A stretch of DNA of 18,633 nt from Campylobacterota bacterium (GCA_034661055.1 JAYEKO010000037.1:1-18633); one strand, 5' to 3'. Positions 7,240-17,907 are shown, numbered from the stretch's first letter. A program made the numbers and translations. Notes: generated from the letters alone by a model not told the origin.

Positions 7240-7551
7240 ATGGAAAAAATTCGTTTAAAACTTAGAGCATATGATCATCGAGTTCTCGATCGTTCAGTTG
7301 CATCTATTGTTGAAGCTGTAAAGCGTACTGGTGCAGAAATTCGTGGACCAATCCCTTTACCAACTAAGATTCGTAAATATACAGTTCTTAAGTCTGTACA
7401 CGTAAATAAAGATTCACGTGAGCAGTTTGAGATCCGTATGCACGCTCGTTTAATTGACATCGTATCTGCTACACCAGACACTGTTGATTCATTAATGAAA
7501 TTAGATTTAGCGCCGGAAGTGGATGTAGAAGTTCGCTCTATGGATAAGTAA
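7240..7551 (+). CDS. rpsJ: 30S ribosomal protein S10 (uS10)
   Basis: '[15 protein letters not shown]...GPIPLPT...[11 protein letters not shown]'. Confidence 0.99.
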   Translation: MEKIRLKLRAYDHRVLDRSVASIVEAVKRTGAEIRGPIPLPTKIRKYTVLKSVHVNKDSREQFEIRMHARLIDIVSATPDTVDSLMKLDLAPEVDVEVRSMDK

Positions 7552-7561
7552 GGAGTAACCA

Positions 7562-8137
7562 ATGGAATATATTGTTGAAAAAATCGGTATGAGCCGTACA
7601 ATCACAGTACCAGCAAAACCAGTTACTCTACTTAAAGTAGTTGAAGCTAAAGTTTGCGAAGTAACAGATGGTACAGCAATCGTTGCATATAGCAGTGGTA
7701 AAAAAATGAATAAAACAATTGAAGGTCAACAGAAGAAATATTCTCTTGCTGCTGAGTTCAATCGTTTTGCAACAATGAGTGTTGCTAACACAGAGGCTGG
7801 CGATTTAGATATGGCACCACTGGGTGAAGCAAGTGTAGTTAAAAGTACTTTTACTACTAAAGGTCGTGGTTTTTCCGGTGCTATGAAGCGTTGGAACTTC
7901 GGTGGTGGTCCTGCATCACACGGTCACAGATTTGGTAGACGCACTGGTTCAATCGGTAATGCTGAGTGGCCAGGTCGTGTAATGAAAGGTAAGAAAATGC
8001 CAGGTCAATATGGTAACGTTCAAGTTACTGTAAAGAACAGCATTGTCTCTTTTGACGCTGAAAATGGTGTATTGGCTGTTACTGGATCTGTTTCTGGTCC
8101 TAATGGCGCACTAGGTCGTGTAAAGGTTGTTAAATAA
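7562..8137 (+). CDS. rplC: 50S ribosomal protein L3 (uL3)
   Basis: 'KIGMS', '[21 protein letters not shown]', '[15 protein letters not shown]'. Confidence 0.99.
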   Translation: MEYIVEKIGMSRTITVPAKPVTLLKVVEAKVCEVTDGTAIVAYSSGKKMNKTIEGQQKKYSLAAEFNRFATMSVANTEAGDLDMAPLGEASVVKSTFTTKGRGFSGAMKRWNFGGGPASHGHRFGRRTGSIGNAEWPGRVMKGKKMPGQYGNVQVTVKNSIVSFDAENGVLAVTGSVSGPNGALGRVKVVK

Positions 8138-8751
8138 TGAATGCAATTGTATTAAATGAAAATTTTGAAAAAGCGTCTGAGCTAGCATTGCCAGAGAGCT
8201 TTTCGGATATCAATCCACATAACCTTTATTTGTATGTTAAGTCATACCAAGCAGGTATCCGTGCTAACACTGCATCGACTAAAAGTCGTTCAGATGTAAG
8301 CGGTGGTGGTAAGAAACCATGGGCTCAAAAAGGCCGTGGTGGTGCTCGTGCCGGTTCAACTCGTTCTCCTATCTGGGTAGGCGGTGGAATCGCTTTTGGC
8401 CCTCGTGCTAACCGTAACTATGATCAAAAAGTAAATAAAAAGCAGAAAAAACTTGCTCTTAAATTTGCTCTTGATGCATTAGCAGCTGATGGTAAACTAT
8501 TTATTGTTGATAGCATTGAAGTAGCTTCTGGTAAAACAAAAGATGCTGTAGCAATGTTCAACAAAATTGGAACTCGTGATGCACTATTTGTTAAATCAAT
8601 TATTGATGAGAAGACATTTATGGCATTTCGTAATATTCAGAAAACTTATTTAGTTGAAGAGAACGAATTAAACGCATTCTTAGCAGCAACATATCGCTCA
8701 GTAGTGATGGAAAAAGCTGTTTGGGAAAATCTTGTAAGTGAGGCTAAATAG
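8137..8751 (+). CDS. rplD: 50S ribosomal protein L4 (uL4)
   Basis: '[34 protein letters not shown]'. Confidence 0.99.
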   Translation: MNAIVLNENFEKASELALPESFSDINPHNLYLYVKSYQAGIRANTASTKSRSDVSGGGKKPWAQKGRGGARAGSTRSPIWVGGGIAFGPRANRNYDQKVNKKQKKLALKFALDALAADGKLFIVDSIEVASGKTKDAVAMFNKIGTRDALFVKSIIDEKTFMAFRNIQKTYLVEENELNAFLAATYRSVVMEKAVWENLVSEAK

Positions 8752-9033
8752 ATGGCAGATATTACAGATATTAAATCAATTATCTATACAGAAAAGACTC
8801 TTGGTATGCAAGAAGATGGAATTGTAGTAGTACAGACATCTCCACGTATGACTAAAACAGGTCTAAAAGAGGTATTTCGTGAGTACTTTGGAATTGTTCC
8901 AACTCGTATTAACTCACTTAATCAAGCGGGAAAAGTTAAACGTTTCCGTGGTGTTGCTGGTAAACAAAATAACTTCAAGAAGTTTTATGTTCAATTACCA
9001 GAAGGTGCACAAATTGAAAGCTTGGCGGTGTAA
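8752..9033 (+). CDS. rplW: 50S ribosomal protein L23 (uL23)
   Basis: 'YTEKT...GKVKRFRG...FKKFYV'; operon position. Confidence 0.98.
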   Translation: MADITDIKSIIYTEKTLGMQEDGIVVVQTSPRMTKTGLKEVFREYFGIVPTRINSLNQAGKVKRFRGVAGKQNNFKKFYVQLPEGAQIESLAV

Positions 9034-9035
9034 TT

Positions 9036-9881
9036 ATGGCGATTAAAACATATAGACCTCTAACACCGAGTCGTCGTTTTTATACAAACGTTGATAGCTC
9101 GGACATTACAGCAAAAGCGTCAGTACGTTCACTGCTTGTTAAACTTCCAACTCACTCTGGTCGTAACAACAATGGTCGTATTACATCTCGTCACAGACAA
9201 GCGGGTGCTAAAAAGCTTTACCGTATTGTTGACTTTAAACGTAACAAATTAGATATTCCTGCTACAGTAGCTGCGATCGAGTATGATCCTTACCGTAACT
9301 GTCGTATTGCACTTGTTAACTATGCTGATGGTGAAAAACGTTATGTGATTCAACCAAAAGGTTTAAAAGTTGGTGATGTAATCCAGTCTTCAGATACCGG
9401 TCTTGATATTAAAGCTGGTAATGCGATGAAAATTAAAAATATCCCAGTGGGTACTTTAATTCATAATATTGAGCTTAAGCCTGGTAAAGGCGGACAGATG
9501 GTTCGTTCAGCTGGCGGATCTGCACAGATTATGGGTCGTGACGGTAAATACGTTTCAGTACGTCTTCCATCTTCAGAGATGCGTTACGTTCTTGGTGAGT
9601 GTATTGCTACTATCGGTAGTGTTGGAAACGAAGAGTTTGGTAATATTGTTATTGCTAAAGCGGGTCGTCAACGTCACTTAGGTAAGCGTCCTCAAACTCG
9701 TGGTTCTGCAATGAATCCAATTGATCACCCGCATGGTGGTGGTGAAGGTAAAACGAATTCAGGTCGTCATCCAGTTACTCCATGGGGTAAACCGACTAAG
9801 GGTGCTAAGACTCGTCGTAAGAAAGCAAGTGATAAACTTATTATTACACGTCGTAAACCAAATGCTAAAAGGGTAGGTTAA
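9036..9881 (+). CDS. rplB: 50S ribosomal protein L2 (uL2)
   Basis: 'GRNNNGRIT', 'IEYDPYR', '[17 protein letters not shown]'. Confidence 0.99.
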   Translation: MAIKTYRPLTPSRRFYTNVDSSDITAKASVRSLLVKLPTHSGRNNNGRITSRHRQAGAKKLYRIVDFKRNKLDIPATVAAIEYDPYRNCRIALVNYADGEKRYVIQPKGLKVGDVIQSSDTGLDIKAGNAMKIKNIPVGTLIHNIELKPGKGGQMVRSAGGSAQIMGRDGKYVSVRLPSSEMRYVLGECIATIGSVGNEEFGNIVIAKAGRQRHLGKRPQTRGSAMNPIDHPHGGGEGKTNSGRHPVTPWGKPTKGAKTRRKKASDKLIITRRKPNAKRVG

Positions 9882-9883
9882 TA

Positions 9884-10162
9884 ATGGCTCGTTCAGTAAA
9901 AAAAGGCCCATTCGTTGATGATCACTTAATGAAAAAAGTGCTTCAAGCGAAAGAGGAAAATAGTAAAAAGCCAATTAAAACATGGTCACGTCGTTCGACG
10001 GTAATGCCTGAAATGATTGGTATGACATTAAATGTTCACAATGGTCGTCAATTTGTTCCTGTATATGTTACAGAGAATCATATTGGTTATAAACTTGGTG
10101 AATTCGCACCGACTCGTACATTTAAGGGCCATAAAGGTTCTGTACAGAAGAAGGTAGGTTAA
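9884..10162 (+). CDS. rpsS: 30S ribosomal protein S19 (uS19)
   Basis: '[10 protein letters not shown]', 'IKTWSRRS', '[11 protein letters not shown]'. Confidence 0.99.
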   Translation: MARSVKKGPFVDDHLMKKVLQAKEENSKKPIKTWSRRSTVMPEMIGMTLNVHNGRQFVPVYVTENHIGYKLGEFAPTRTFKGHKGSVQKKVG

Positions 10163-10164
10163 TC

Positions 10165-10482
10165 ATGGCTAGAGCATTATTAAAGTTTATCCGTGTATCA
10201 CCAATTAAATCACGTCTTATTGCACGTGAAATTCAGGGAATGAATGCTGAAGAAGCTCTTGCAGCTTTAGAGTTCACTCCAAACAAAGCGGCAAAAATCA
10301 TCTCTAAAGTTCTTGCATCAGCAGTAGCTAACAGTGGTGAAGAAGCAGAAGATTGTATTGTAAAATCTTGTCGTGTTGACAACGGTCCGGTTCTTAAGCG
10401 TCACCGTCCACGTGCTCGTGGAATGGCGTCTGGAATTCGTAAACCAACAGCACATATTTTAGTAGAAGTAGAGGGCAAATAA
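10165..10482 (+). CDS. rplV: 50S ribosomal protein L22 (uL22)
   Basis: '[10 protein letters not shown]', '[13 protein letters not shown]...IRKPTAHI'. Confidence 0.99.
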   Translation: MARALLKFIRVSPIKSRLIAREIQGMNAEEALAALEFTPNKAAKIISKVLASAVANSGEEAEDCIVKSCRVDNGPVLKRHRPRARGMASGIRKPTAHILVEVEGK

Positions 10483-10484
10483 TT

Positions 10485-11201
10485 ATGGGTCATAAAGTTA
10501 ATCCTATTGGTCTTCGCCTTGGAATCAACCGTAACTGGGAGAGCCGCTGGTATCCAAATTTTAAATCTGCACCAGCAAGTTTAGGTGAAGATCATAAAAT
10601 CCGTACATTCTTGAAAAAAGAGCTCTACTATGCTGGTGTTGCTAACATCATCATTGAGCGTACGGTAAAACGTCTGCGTGTTACTATTGTAGCAGCTCGT
10701 CCAGGTGTTATCATCGGTAAAAAAGGTGCTGATATTGAGAAATTGAAGACTAAACTTCAATCTCTTATTGGTAAAGATATCTCTGTTAACATTAAAGAAG
10801 AGAAGAAAGCTCAGGCTTCTGCTCAACTTGTAGCTGAAAACGTTGCAACACAACTAGAGCGTCGTATCGCTTTTAGACGTGCAATGAAAAAAGTTATGCA
10901 AGGTGCTCAGCGTTCAGGCGCTAAAGGTATTAAAGTTGCAGTAGCTGGTCGTCTTGGTGGTGCTGAGATGGCTCGTACTGAGTGGTATTTAGAGGGACGT
11001 GTTCCACTTCATACACTGCGTGCAAAAATCGATTACGGTTTTGCTGAAGCACATACAACTTACGGAATTATCGGTATTAAAGTTTGGATCTTCAAAGGTG
11101 AAGTTCTAGCTAAAGGTGTTCCTGCAGAAGTTAAAGAAGAGAAATCTGAGCGCCAACGTAAGCGTGCTCCAAGACGCGATAATAGTGGAAAGGCTGAATA
11201 A
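10485..11201 (+). CDS. rpsC: 30S ribosomal protein S3 (uS3)
   Basis: '[13 protein letters not shown]', '[12 protein letters not shown]', '[10 protein letters not shown]'. Confidence 0.99.
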   Translation: MGHKVNPIGLRLGINRNWESRWYPNFKSAPASLGEDHKIRTFLKKELYYAGVANIIIERTVKRLRVTIVAARPGVIIGKKGADIEKLKTKLQSLIGKDISVNIKEEKKAQASAQLVAENVATQLERRIAFRRAMKKVMQGAQRSGAKGIKVAVAGRLGGAEMARTEWYLEGRVPLHTLRAKIDYGFAEAHTTYGIIGIKVWIFKGEVLAKGVPAEVKEEKSERQRKRAPRRDNSGKAE

Positions 11202-11203
11202 TC

Positions 11204-11629
11204 ATGTTAATGCCAAAAAGAACAAAATATCGTAAAATGATGAAAGGCCGTAACCGTGGTAAAGCACGTAGCGGTTATACTATTTCGTTTGGTGATATTG
11301 CACTTAAAGCAGTTGAAGCGGGTCGTATTTCATCTCGTCAAATTGAAGCAGCGCGTATTACTTCAACACGTCATATTAAACGTCAAGGTAAAATCTGGAT
11401 TCGTGTTTTTCCAGCTAAACCATTAACTGCTAAGCCTCTTGAAACTCGTATGGGTAAGGGTAAAGGACCAGTTGATAAATGGGTTATGAATGTTAAGCCG
11501 GGTCGTATTATTTTTGAAATGGGTGGTGTTGATGAGACTTTAGCGCGTGAAGCGTTAACACTTGCTATGCACAAGTTACCATTCAAAACTAAAATTGTCA
11601 CACAGGAGATGAGCAATGAAATATTCTGA
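11204..11629 (+). CDS. rplP: 50S ribosomal protein L16 (uL16)
   Basis: '[11 protein letters not shown]', 'ETRMGKGKG'. Confidence 0.99.
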   Translation: MLMPKRTKYRKMMKGRNRGKARSGYTISFGDIALKAVEAGRISSRQIEAARITSTRHIKRQGKIWIRVFPAKPLTAKPLETRMGKGKGPVDKWVMNVKPGRIIFEMGGVDETLAREALTLAMHKLPFKTKIVTQEMSNEIF

Positions 11630-11801
11630 TTTGACAGATAAAACTGCTGTAGAACTTCAAGGAATGCTTAAAGAGAAAAAGACTGAGCTTTTTACTTTGA
11701 AGATTAAGCAAAAGATGATGCAATTAACCAACACGAGTGAACTTCGTGATGCTAAAAAAACAATTGCACGTATCAACACCGCGCTTAGCGCGGCTAAGTA
11801 A
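11616..11801 (+). CDS. rpmC: 50S ribosomal protein L29 (uL29)
   Basis: 'KKTELFTLK...[14 protein letters not shown]'; operon position. Confidence 0.97.
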   Translation: MKYSDLTDKTAVELQGMLKEKKTELFTLKIKQKMMQLTNTSELRDAKKTIARINTALSAAK

Positions 11802-11811
11802 GGGGCTATTG

Positions 11812-12063
11812 ATGACACACAAACGTGAAGTCCAAGGTAATGTAGTTAAAATTTCAGGCGATAAGACAGCATCAATTGTTGTTGAGCGTCGTGTAATGCA
11901 CCCACGTTACCACAAAGTTGTAAAGCGTTTCAAAAAGTACCTTGTACATGATGAAAGCAATGAATTAAAAGTTGGTGATGAGATTATTGCAATCGAATGT
12001 CGCCCATTATCTAAAACAAAGTCTTTTAGACTTAAAACAGTTGTAAAAGGGGCTCAGTTATGA
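11812..12063 (+). CDS. rpsQ: 30S ribosomal protein S17 (uS17), 83 aa
   Basis: '[31 protein letters not shown]', '[11 protein letters not shown]'. Start ATG 11812 follows AAGGGG. Confidence 0.98.
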   Translation: MTHKREVQGNVVKISGDKTASIVVERRVMHPRYHKVVKRFKKYLVHDESNELKVGDEIIAIECRPLSKTKSFRLKTVVKGAQL

Positions 12064-12428
12064 TCCAGAGTTTTACACGTCTTAATGTTGCAGATAATAC
12101 TGGTGCCAAAGAGATCATGTGTATTAAAGTACTTGGTGGCTCAAAGCGCCGTTACGCTACAGTAGGTGACGTTATTGTTGCTTCTGTTAAAAAAGCGGTT
12201 CCGACTGGTAAAGTTAAAAAAGGTCAAGTAGTTAAAGCAGTTGTTGTTCGTACTCATAAAGAAGTACAACGTGAAAACGGTTCACTAATCCGTTTTGATG
12301 ACAATGCAGCGGTAATTCTTGATGCTAAAAAAGAGCCAATTGGTACACGTATTTTTGGCCCAGTTGGTCGTGAAGTACGTTATGCTGGTTTTATGAAGAT
12401 TGTATCACTAGCTCCGGAGGTTGTTTAA
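12060..12428 (+). CDS. rplN: 50S ribosomal protein L14 (uL14)
   Basis: '[17 protein letters not shown]', 'GTRIFGPV'. Confidence 0.99.
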   Translation: MIQSFTRLNVADNTGAKEIMCIKVLGGSKRRYATVGDVIVASVKKAVPTGKVKKGQVVKAVVVRTHKEVQRENGSLIRFDDNAAVILDAKKEPIGTRIFGPVGREVRYAGFMKIVSLAPEVV

Positions 12429-12658
12429 TGGCAAAGTTTAATTACAAAAAAGGTGACACTGTAGAGATCCTTGCTGGTGACGATAAAGGCACTAAAGCAG
12501 AAGTTATCGCAGTAATGCCAAAGAATAATAAAGTTATTGTACAGGGTTGTAAGGTTGCTAAAAAAGCGATTAAACCAACTGAAGAGAATCCAAAAGGCGG
12601 CTTTAGTAATAAAGAGATGCCAATTGATGCTTCAAATGTACGTAAAGTGGAGGCATAA
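12428..12658 (+). CDS. rplX: 50S ribosomal protein L24 (uL24), short form
   Basis: KOW motif 'KKGDTVEILAGDDKG' and 'EMPIDASNV'. Confidence 0.98.
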   Translation: MAKFNYKKGDTVEILAGDDKGTKAEVIAVMPKNNKVIVQGCKVAKKAIKPTEENPKGGFSNKEMPIDASNVRKVEA

Positions 12659-12661
12659 TTT

Positions 12662-13213
12662 ATGGCAAGATTAAAAGATAAATATATTGCACTAAAACCT
12701 CAACTTCAAGAGTCTTTAGACATTAAAAATGCAATGGAGATTCCTGGTCTTGAGAAAATCATAATTAGCGTTGGTGCTGGTTTTGCAATGAAAGACAATA
12801 AGCTGATTCAGAACATTCAAGAGACAATCAGTACAATTGCTGGACAACATGCAAGTGTTGTACATGCTAAAAAATCTGTTGCAGGTTTTAAGGTACGTGA
12901 AGGTATGCCAGTTGGTGTTAGAGTAACACTACGTGGTGCTAAAATGTATGAATTTATGGATCGTTTAGTTTCAATTGCACTTCCTCGTATGAAAGACTTT
13001 CGTGGTATTCCACGTAATGGTTTTGATGGTCGTGGTAACTATAACTTCGGTCTTACTGAGCAGTTGATCTTCCCAGAAGTATCATATGACTCTATCATGC
13101 AGATTCACGGTATGAATATTACTGTAGTAACAACAACTAACTCTGATAAAGAGGGCTTTGCTCTTCTTGAAGCGCTAGGTGTACCATTTACTAAAGGAAG
13201 AGAAGATGGCTAA
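12662..13213 (+). CDS. rplE: 50S ribosomal protein L5 (uL5)
   Basis: '[13 protein letters not shown]', '[10 protein letters not shown]', 'EQLIFPE'. Confidence 0.99.
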   Translation: MARLKDKYIALKPQLQESLDIKNAMEIPGLEKIIISVGAGFAMKDNKLIQNIQETISTIAGQHASVVHAKKSVAGFKVREGMPVGVRVTLRGAKMYEFMDRLVSIALPRMKDFRGIPRNGFDGRGNYNFGLTEQLIFPEVSYDSIMQIHGMNITVVTTTNSDKEGFALLEALGVPFTKGREDG

Positions 13214-13391
13214 GAAGTCAATGATCGCAAAAGCAAAGCGTACTCCAAAATTTAAAGTACGTGGTTATACACGTTGTCAGATCTGTGGTCGTCCGCACTC
13301 TGTTCTTCGTGATTTTGGTATCTGCCGTATCTGTTTTAGAAAAATGGCAAATGAGGGATTAATCCCAGGTGTTAGAAAGTCGAGTTGGTAG
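13206..13391 (+). CDS. rpsN: 30S ribosomal protein S14, zinc-binding type Z (61 aa)
   Basis: 'MAKKSMIAK...RCQICGRPH...GICRICFR...PGVRKSSW' with two CxxC motifs. Start ATG 13206 overlaps the end of rplE. Confidence 0.98.
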   Translation: MAKKSMIAKAKRTPKFKVRGYTRCQICGRPHSVLRDFGICRICFRKMANEGLIPGVRKSSW

Positions 13392-13419
13392 GCTTACGCC
13401 CCAACTTGAAACTCCTAGC
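13371..13419 (+). promoter_or_regulatory. Candidate S8-binding mRNA operator mimicking 16S rRNA helix 21
   Basis: Hairpin GUUAG-A-AAGUCGAGUUGG-UA-GGC-UUAC-GCC-CCAACUUGAAACU-C-CUAGC, with AAGUC (13377-13381) opposite GAAACU (13408-13413), directly upstream of rpsH. Confidence 0.6.
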
Positions 13420-13457
13420 TATTAGCAGTTGTTTTAACTGCAAAATAAGGAAATTTA

Positions 13458-13853
13458 ATGATTAATGATTTAATTTCGGATTCTTTAACACGTATCCGTA
13501 ATGCTGCAATGCGTAAATTAGATGTTACTACACTAATGCATTCAAAGTCTGTAGAAGCTGTTGTTGGTATTTTAGCTGACAAAGGTTATGTTGAGAGTTT
13601 TAACGTTATTGAAGATGGTAACAAAAAGACTATTAATGTTGTTTTAAAGTATGATGATAATGGTCGTACTGTAATTAATGAAATGAAACGTGTTTCTAAG
13701 CCTGGACGTCGTGTCTATAAAGGTAAAGAAGACGTTAAGCGTTTCAAAAACGGTTATGGTACTATTATTGTTTCAACATCACAAGGTGTTCTTGCTAATG
13801 ATAAAGCTTACGAGCTTGGCATTGGTGGTGAAGTGCTTTGTACAGTATGGTAG
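13458..13853 (+). CDS. rpsH: 30S ribosomal protein S8 (uS8)
   Basis: '[13 protein letters not shown]', '[10 protein letters not shown]', 'STSQGV', 'GGEVLCTVW'. Confidence 0.99.
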   Translation: MINDLISDSLTRIRNAAMRKLDVTTLMHSKSVEAVVGILADKGYVESFNVIEDGNKKTINVVLKYDDNGRTVINEMKRVSKPGRRVYKGKEDVKRFKNGYGTIIVSTSQGVLANDKAYELGIGGEVLCTVW

Positions 13854-13864
13854 GGAGATAGATT

Positions 13865-14401
13865 ATGAGTCGTATTGGTAAAAAACCTGTTTCAATTCCA
13901 TCAGAAATTAAAGTAAGCATTGATGGTGCTATTGTTACATTTGAAAAAGGTAAAAACAAGTGTGAATTAGACACTAAAGGTAATGTTGGTGTCTCTTTTG
14001 AAGATAACACGTTAACGTTTTCTACAAATTCAGATGATAAACAAGATAGAGCATTCTGGGGTACATACCGCGCTTTAGCTGCAAATATCGTTACTGGTTT
14101 AACAACTGGTTATACAAAACAATTAGAGATCAATGGTGTTGGTTATCGTGCTGCTGTTAAAGGTAAAGTACTTAATCTACAACTTGGTCACTCTCATGAT
14201 ATTGACTATCCAATTATTGATGGTCTTGAGATGAGTGTTGAGAAAAATGTTGTTACTATTAAAGGTATCGACAATCAAAAAGTGGGTCAGGCAGCAGCTG
14301 AGATTCGCGCATTCCGTCCACCTGAGCCGTATAAAGGTAAAGGTGTTAAATATCTTGAAGAGCATATCGTGCGTAAAGCCGGTAAAACTGCTGGTAAATA
14401 A
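13865..14401 (+). CDS. rplF: 50S ribosomal protein L6 (uL6)
   Basis: 'MSRIGKKPV', 'GVGYRA', '[11 protein letters not shown]'. Confidence 0.99.
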   Translation: MSRIGKKPVSIPSEIKVSIDGAIVTFEKGKNKCELDTKGNVGVSFEDNTLTFSTNSDDKQDRAFWGTYRALAANIVTGLTTGYTKQLEINGVGYRAAVKGKVLNLQLGHSHDIDYPIIDGLEMSVEKNVVTIKGIDNQKVGQAAAEIRAFRPPEPYKGKGVKYLEEHIVRKAGKTAGK

Positions 14402-14412
14402 GGGGCTATGAG

Positions 14413-14769
14413 ATGACTGCAAAAAATTTAAAAGCTAAATCGGCTCGTCGTGTTCAACGTAAGCGCCGTATCCGTAAACATATTAGCGGAACTGCTTCTC
14501 AGCCACGTGTATCTATTTTTCGTTCAAATCGCTATTTAAGCGTTCAAGCGATTGATGATACAGTTAGCAATACAGTAGCTGCTATTAGCTCTAAGCCATT
14601 AGGTTTAGCTGCAAATAAAGAAGGCGCTGCAAAACTTGGTGAAGCGTTTGCTGCAACACTTAAAGATGCTGGAATCAGTGCGATTTATTTTGATCGTAAC
14701 GGTTACCAATATCACGGTGTAGTTGCTGCATTTGCTGAAGCACTTCGTGCAAACGAAATTAAGTTCTAA
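14413..14769 (+). CDS. rplR: 50S ribosomal protein L18 (uL18)
   Basis: '[11 protein letters not shown]', '[10 protein letters not shown]'. Confidence 0.99.
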   Translation: MTAKNLKAKSARRVQRKRRIRKHISGTASQPRVSIFRSNRYLSVQAIDDTVSNTVAAISSKPLGLAANKEGAAKLGEAFAATLKDAGISAIYFDRNGYQYHGVVAAFAEALRANEIKF

Positions 14770-14779
14770 GGGATCGATG

Positions 14780-15220
14780 ATGGAAATTAACAAAGAAGAC
14801 TTTGAAGAATCGATCGTAAATATCGGTCGTGTAACAAAAGTTGTAAAAGGTGGACGTCGTTTCCGTTTTACAGCACTTGTTGTAGTTGGAGATAAAAATG
14901 GTACTGTTGGTTATGGTACTGGTAAAGCGAAAGAAGTTCCAGATGCTATTAAAAAAGCAGTGGATAACGCGTTTAAAAATCTTACAACTGTAAATGTAAA
15001 AGGGACGACTATCGCGCATGATATTGAATATAAATATAATGCAAGTCGTGTTCTTATGAAACCTGCATCTGAAGGTACTGGGGTTATCTCTGGTGGTGCG
15101 ATGCGTCCAGTTCTTGAGCTTGCAGGAGTTCAAGATATTTTAACTAAGTCTTTGGGTTCAAATAATCCAAACACTGTTGTTCGTGCTACTATTGAAGCAC
15201 TTGCAAGTTTAAAAGGATAA
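14780..15220 (+). CDS. rpsE: 30S ribosomal protein S5 (uS5) (alternative start 14777)
   Basis: '[22 protein letters not shown]', '[12 protein letters not shown]'. SD AAGGGA at 14768-14773. Confidence 0.98.
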   Translation: MEINKEDFEESIVNIGRVTKVVKGGRRFRFTALVVVGDKNGTVGYGTGKAKEVPDAIKKAVDNAFKNLTTVNVKGTTIAHDIEYKYNASRVLMKPASEGTGVISGGAMRPVLELAGVQDILTKSLGSNNPNTVVRATIEALASLKG

Positions 15221-15225
15221 GCAAG

Positions 15226-15624
15226 ATGGCATTAGAAAACTTAAGCCCAGCAGCTGGTTCTACTCATTCACGTAAACGCGTTGGCCGTGGTCAAGCAAGT
15301 GGTTGGGGTAAGAATGCAGCTCGTGGACAAAATGGTCAAAAATCTCGTACAGGTTACAAGCGTAAGCGTAACTTTGAGGGTGGACAGATGCAACTTGCAA
15401 AACGTCTTCCTAAAATTGGTTTCTTTTCACGTAACGTAAAACCTTATGTTATTAATGTAGAGAAAATCAAAGTAGTAGCTGAGTTAGCTGAAATCACAAT
15501 GGAAAATATCCGTTCGGTTCATAAGCTAAACAAAGCAGTAACTCGTGTTAAACTTGTTGGAGCATCTGCTAAAGATCTTGCTTCTAAAATTAAAGACGAA
15601 AACGTTACAACTACAGGAAATTAA
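15226..15624 (+). CDS. rplO: 50S ribosomal protein L15 (uL15)
   Basis: '[22 protein letters not shown]', '[17 protein letters not shown]'. Confidence 0.99.
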   Translation: MALENLSPAAGSTHSRKRVGRGQASGWGKNAARGQNGQKSRTGYKRKRNFEGGQMQLAKRLPKIGFFSRNVKPYVINVEKIKVVAELAEITMENIRSVHKLNKAVTRVKLVGASAKDLASKIKDENVTTTGN

Positions 15625-15626
15625 TT

Positions 15627-16889
15627 TTGAATAAGCAACTCGTAAATAAAATTTTAATTACAGTTGGTTTTTTATTCCTCTACCGTCTATTGGCATACGT
15701 GCCAGTACCGGGTGTGGATGCATCAATAATCGCATCTTTTTTCGATTCACACTCAAGTGACGCTCTTGGTTTAATGAATATGTTCAGCGGTAACGCTGTT
15801 GAACGTCTCTCTATTATCTCTCTTGGTATTATGCCTTACATTACCGCTTCAATTATTATGGAACTTTTAGCAGCTACCTTTCCAACGTTAGGTCAGATGA
15901 AAAAAGAGCGTGATGGTATGGTTAAATATATGCAGATTATTCGTTATGCAACGATTGCAATTACATTAGTACAAGCAATTGGTGTTAGTGTTGGTCTGCA
16001 GAGTCTTACAGGCCCAGATGGCAGTAGTGCTATTTTGGTTGAGCAAAATACATTTATTTTACTTGCAGCAGTATCGATGTTAGCAGGTACTATGTTATTG
16101 ATGTGGATTGGTGAAATGATTACACAAAGTGGTATCGGTAACGGTATCTCTTTAATTATCTTTGCGGGTATTGTCTCTGCACTTCCAAGTGCTATTGGTC
16201 AGAGTGTTACTATGATTAATACAGGTGCAATGAGCTTTTTAACGCTACTATTTATTATTGCGTTAATCCTTGCTACTGTATTTGTAATTATCTATGTAGA
16301 GCTTGGTGAACGCCGTATTCCGGTGACTTATGCTAAAAAGACAATGATGCAGAACCAAAACAAGCGTGTAATGAACTACATTCCTGTTAAAATTAACCTC
16401 TCTGGTGTTATTCCGGTTATCTTTGCATCGGCAATTTTGATGTTCCCGATGACAGTACTTTCAAGCAGTACAAATCCGTATATTCAATCGGTTGCAGATT
16501 TACTTAATCCTAACGGATATTTCTTTAACCTCTTGACATTCTTATTTGTTGTATTTTTTGCATTCTTTTATGCATCAATTACATTCAATGCTAAAGATAT
16601 CTCAGATAACTTAAAACGCCAAGGTGGTTTTATCCCAGGTGTACGTCCAGGTAACTCGACTAAAGAGTTTCTAAATGAGACTGCATCTCGTTTAACTATT
16701 ACCGGTGCTATCTATTTAGGACTGGTTGCTACACTGCCGTTTATGATCATTAAAGGAGTCGGTGTACCGTTCTTCTTTGGTGGTACCGCAGTACTTATTG
16801 TGGTTCAAGTTGCACTTGACACAATGAGAAAGATAGAGGCTCAGGTTTATATGAGTAAATATGAAACTATTAGTGCGGTTGGTCTATAA
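15627..16889 (+). CDS. secY: Preprotein translocase subunit SecY (TTG start)
   Basis: 'SLGIMPYITASII', 'GIGNGISLIIFAGI', 'SGVIPVIFA', 'GFIPGVRPG', 'FGGTAVLIVV'. Confidence 0.99.
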   Translation: MNKQLVNKILITVGFLFLYRLLAYVPVPGVDASIIASFFDSHSSDALGLMNMFSGNAVERLSIISLGIMPYITASIIMELLAATFPTLGQMKKERDGMVKYMQIIRYATIAITLVQAIGVSVGLQSLTGPDGSSAILVEQNTFILLAAVSMLAGTMLLMWIGEMITQSGIGNGISLIIFAGIVSALPSAIGQSVTMINTGAMSFLTLLFIIALILATVFVIIYVELGERRIPVTYAKKTMMQNQNKRVMNYIPVKINLSGVIPVIFASAILMFPMTVLSSSTNPYIQSVADLLNPNGYFFNLLTFLFVVFFAFFYASITFNAKDISDNLKRQGGFIPGVRPGNSTKEFLNETASRLTITGAIYLGLVATLPFMIIKGVGVPFFFGGTAVLIVVQVALDTMRKIEAQVYMSKYETISAVGL

Positions 16890-16891
16890 CG

Positions 16892-17650
16892 ATGGCCATT
16901 GCGCTTCGCAAACCTCTAGAAATTGAAAAACTTCGTGCTGCTAACAAAATTGTTGGCGGTGCTCTTCAACTCCTCGAACAAAATACCAAAGTAGGCGCTT
17001 CACTAAAAGATTTAGATGCCATGGCAGAAGATTATGTTAGAAGTCAAGGTGCTAAACCCTCTTTTAAAGGACTGTATGGTTTTCCAAATGCTGTTTGCTG
17101 TTCGCTTAATGAAGTAATTATTCACGGAATTCCAACAGACTATAAGCTTCAAGAAGGTGATATTATCGGTTATGATATTGGTACTGAGCTTGATGGCTAT
17201 TTTGGTGATGCTGCGATTAGTATGGGCGTTGGAGAGATAACTAAAAAAGATGAAGATCTTATTGCCTGTTCTAAAGATGCACTCTATTTTGCAATAGATA
17301 TTATTAAAGATGGTATGCGTTTTAAAGAGCTTTCTTATGAGCTAGAACAGTTTATTGAGGGACGAGGTTATGTACCACTTCGTGGCTTTTGTGGTCACGG
17401 TATTGGTAAAAAACCTCATGAAGACCCTCAAATTCCAAACTATCTTGAAGGAACTAAAGTAAAGGCTGGACCAAAAATGAAAAATGGTATGGTGTTTTGT
17501 TTAGAACCGATGATCTGTCAAAAAGATGGAACAAGTAAGATTTTACAAAATAAGTGGGATGTAGTTAGTGCCGATGGATTACGCGGCTCACATTATGAGC
17601 ATACTGTTGCAGTAATCAACGGTAAAGCAGAAATACTATCTCTTGTATGA
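16892..17650 (+). CDS. map: Methionine aminopeptidase, type I
   Basis: 'NEVIIHGIP', 'DGYFGD', 'GHGIG..PHE', 'EPM', 'HYEHTV'. Confidence 0.98.
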   Translation: MAIALRKPLEIEKLRAANKIVGGALQLLEQNTKVGASLKDLDAMAEDYVRSQGAKPSFKGLYGFPNAVCCSLNEVIIHGIPTDYKLQEGDIIGYDIGTELDGYFGDAAISMGVGEITKKDEDLIACSKDALYFAIDIIKDGMRFKELSYELEQFIEGRGYVPLRGFCGHGIGKKPHEDPQIPNYLEGTKVKAGPKMKNGMVFCLEPMICQKDGTSKILQNKWDVVSADGLRGSHYEHTVAVINGKAEILSLV

Positions 17651-17673
17651 GATAAAATTTAAAAGGATACATA

Positions 17674-17892
17674 GTGGCTAAAAGTGATGTCATTGAAGTA
17701 GACGGCAAAATTATTGAAGCTTTGCCAAATGCAACGTTTCGCGTTGAGTTAGAGAATACACACGTGATTTTATGTCATATTGCTGGAAAAATGCGTATGC
17801 ACTACATTAAAATCTTACCAGGTGATAAGGTGAAAGTTGAACTAACACCATATAGTCTTGACAAGGGTAGAATTACCTACCGTTACAAGTAA
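17674..17892 (+). CDS. infA: Translation initiation factor IF-1 (GTG start)
   Basis: '[14 protein letters not shown]', '[14 protein letters not shown]', '[12 protein letters not shown]'. SD AAGGA upstream. Confidence 0.99.
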   Translation: MAKSDVIEVDGKIIEALPNATFRVELENTHVILCHIAGKMRMHYIKILPGDKVKVELTPYSLDKGRITYRYK

Positions 17893-17907
17893 ATAAAGGC
17901 ACCTCTA

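Noticed and set aside
12600..12700. E. coli-type S8 operator at the rplX-rplE junction
   Set aside because: No AAGUC/GAAACU pair was seen around the rplE start. The motif occurs at rpsN-rpsH instead.
14408..14416. Minigene ATG-AGA-TGA overlapping the rplR start
   Set aside because: The GGGG SD is only 2 nt from this ATG but 7 nt from the rplR ATG, so it is most likely incidental.
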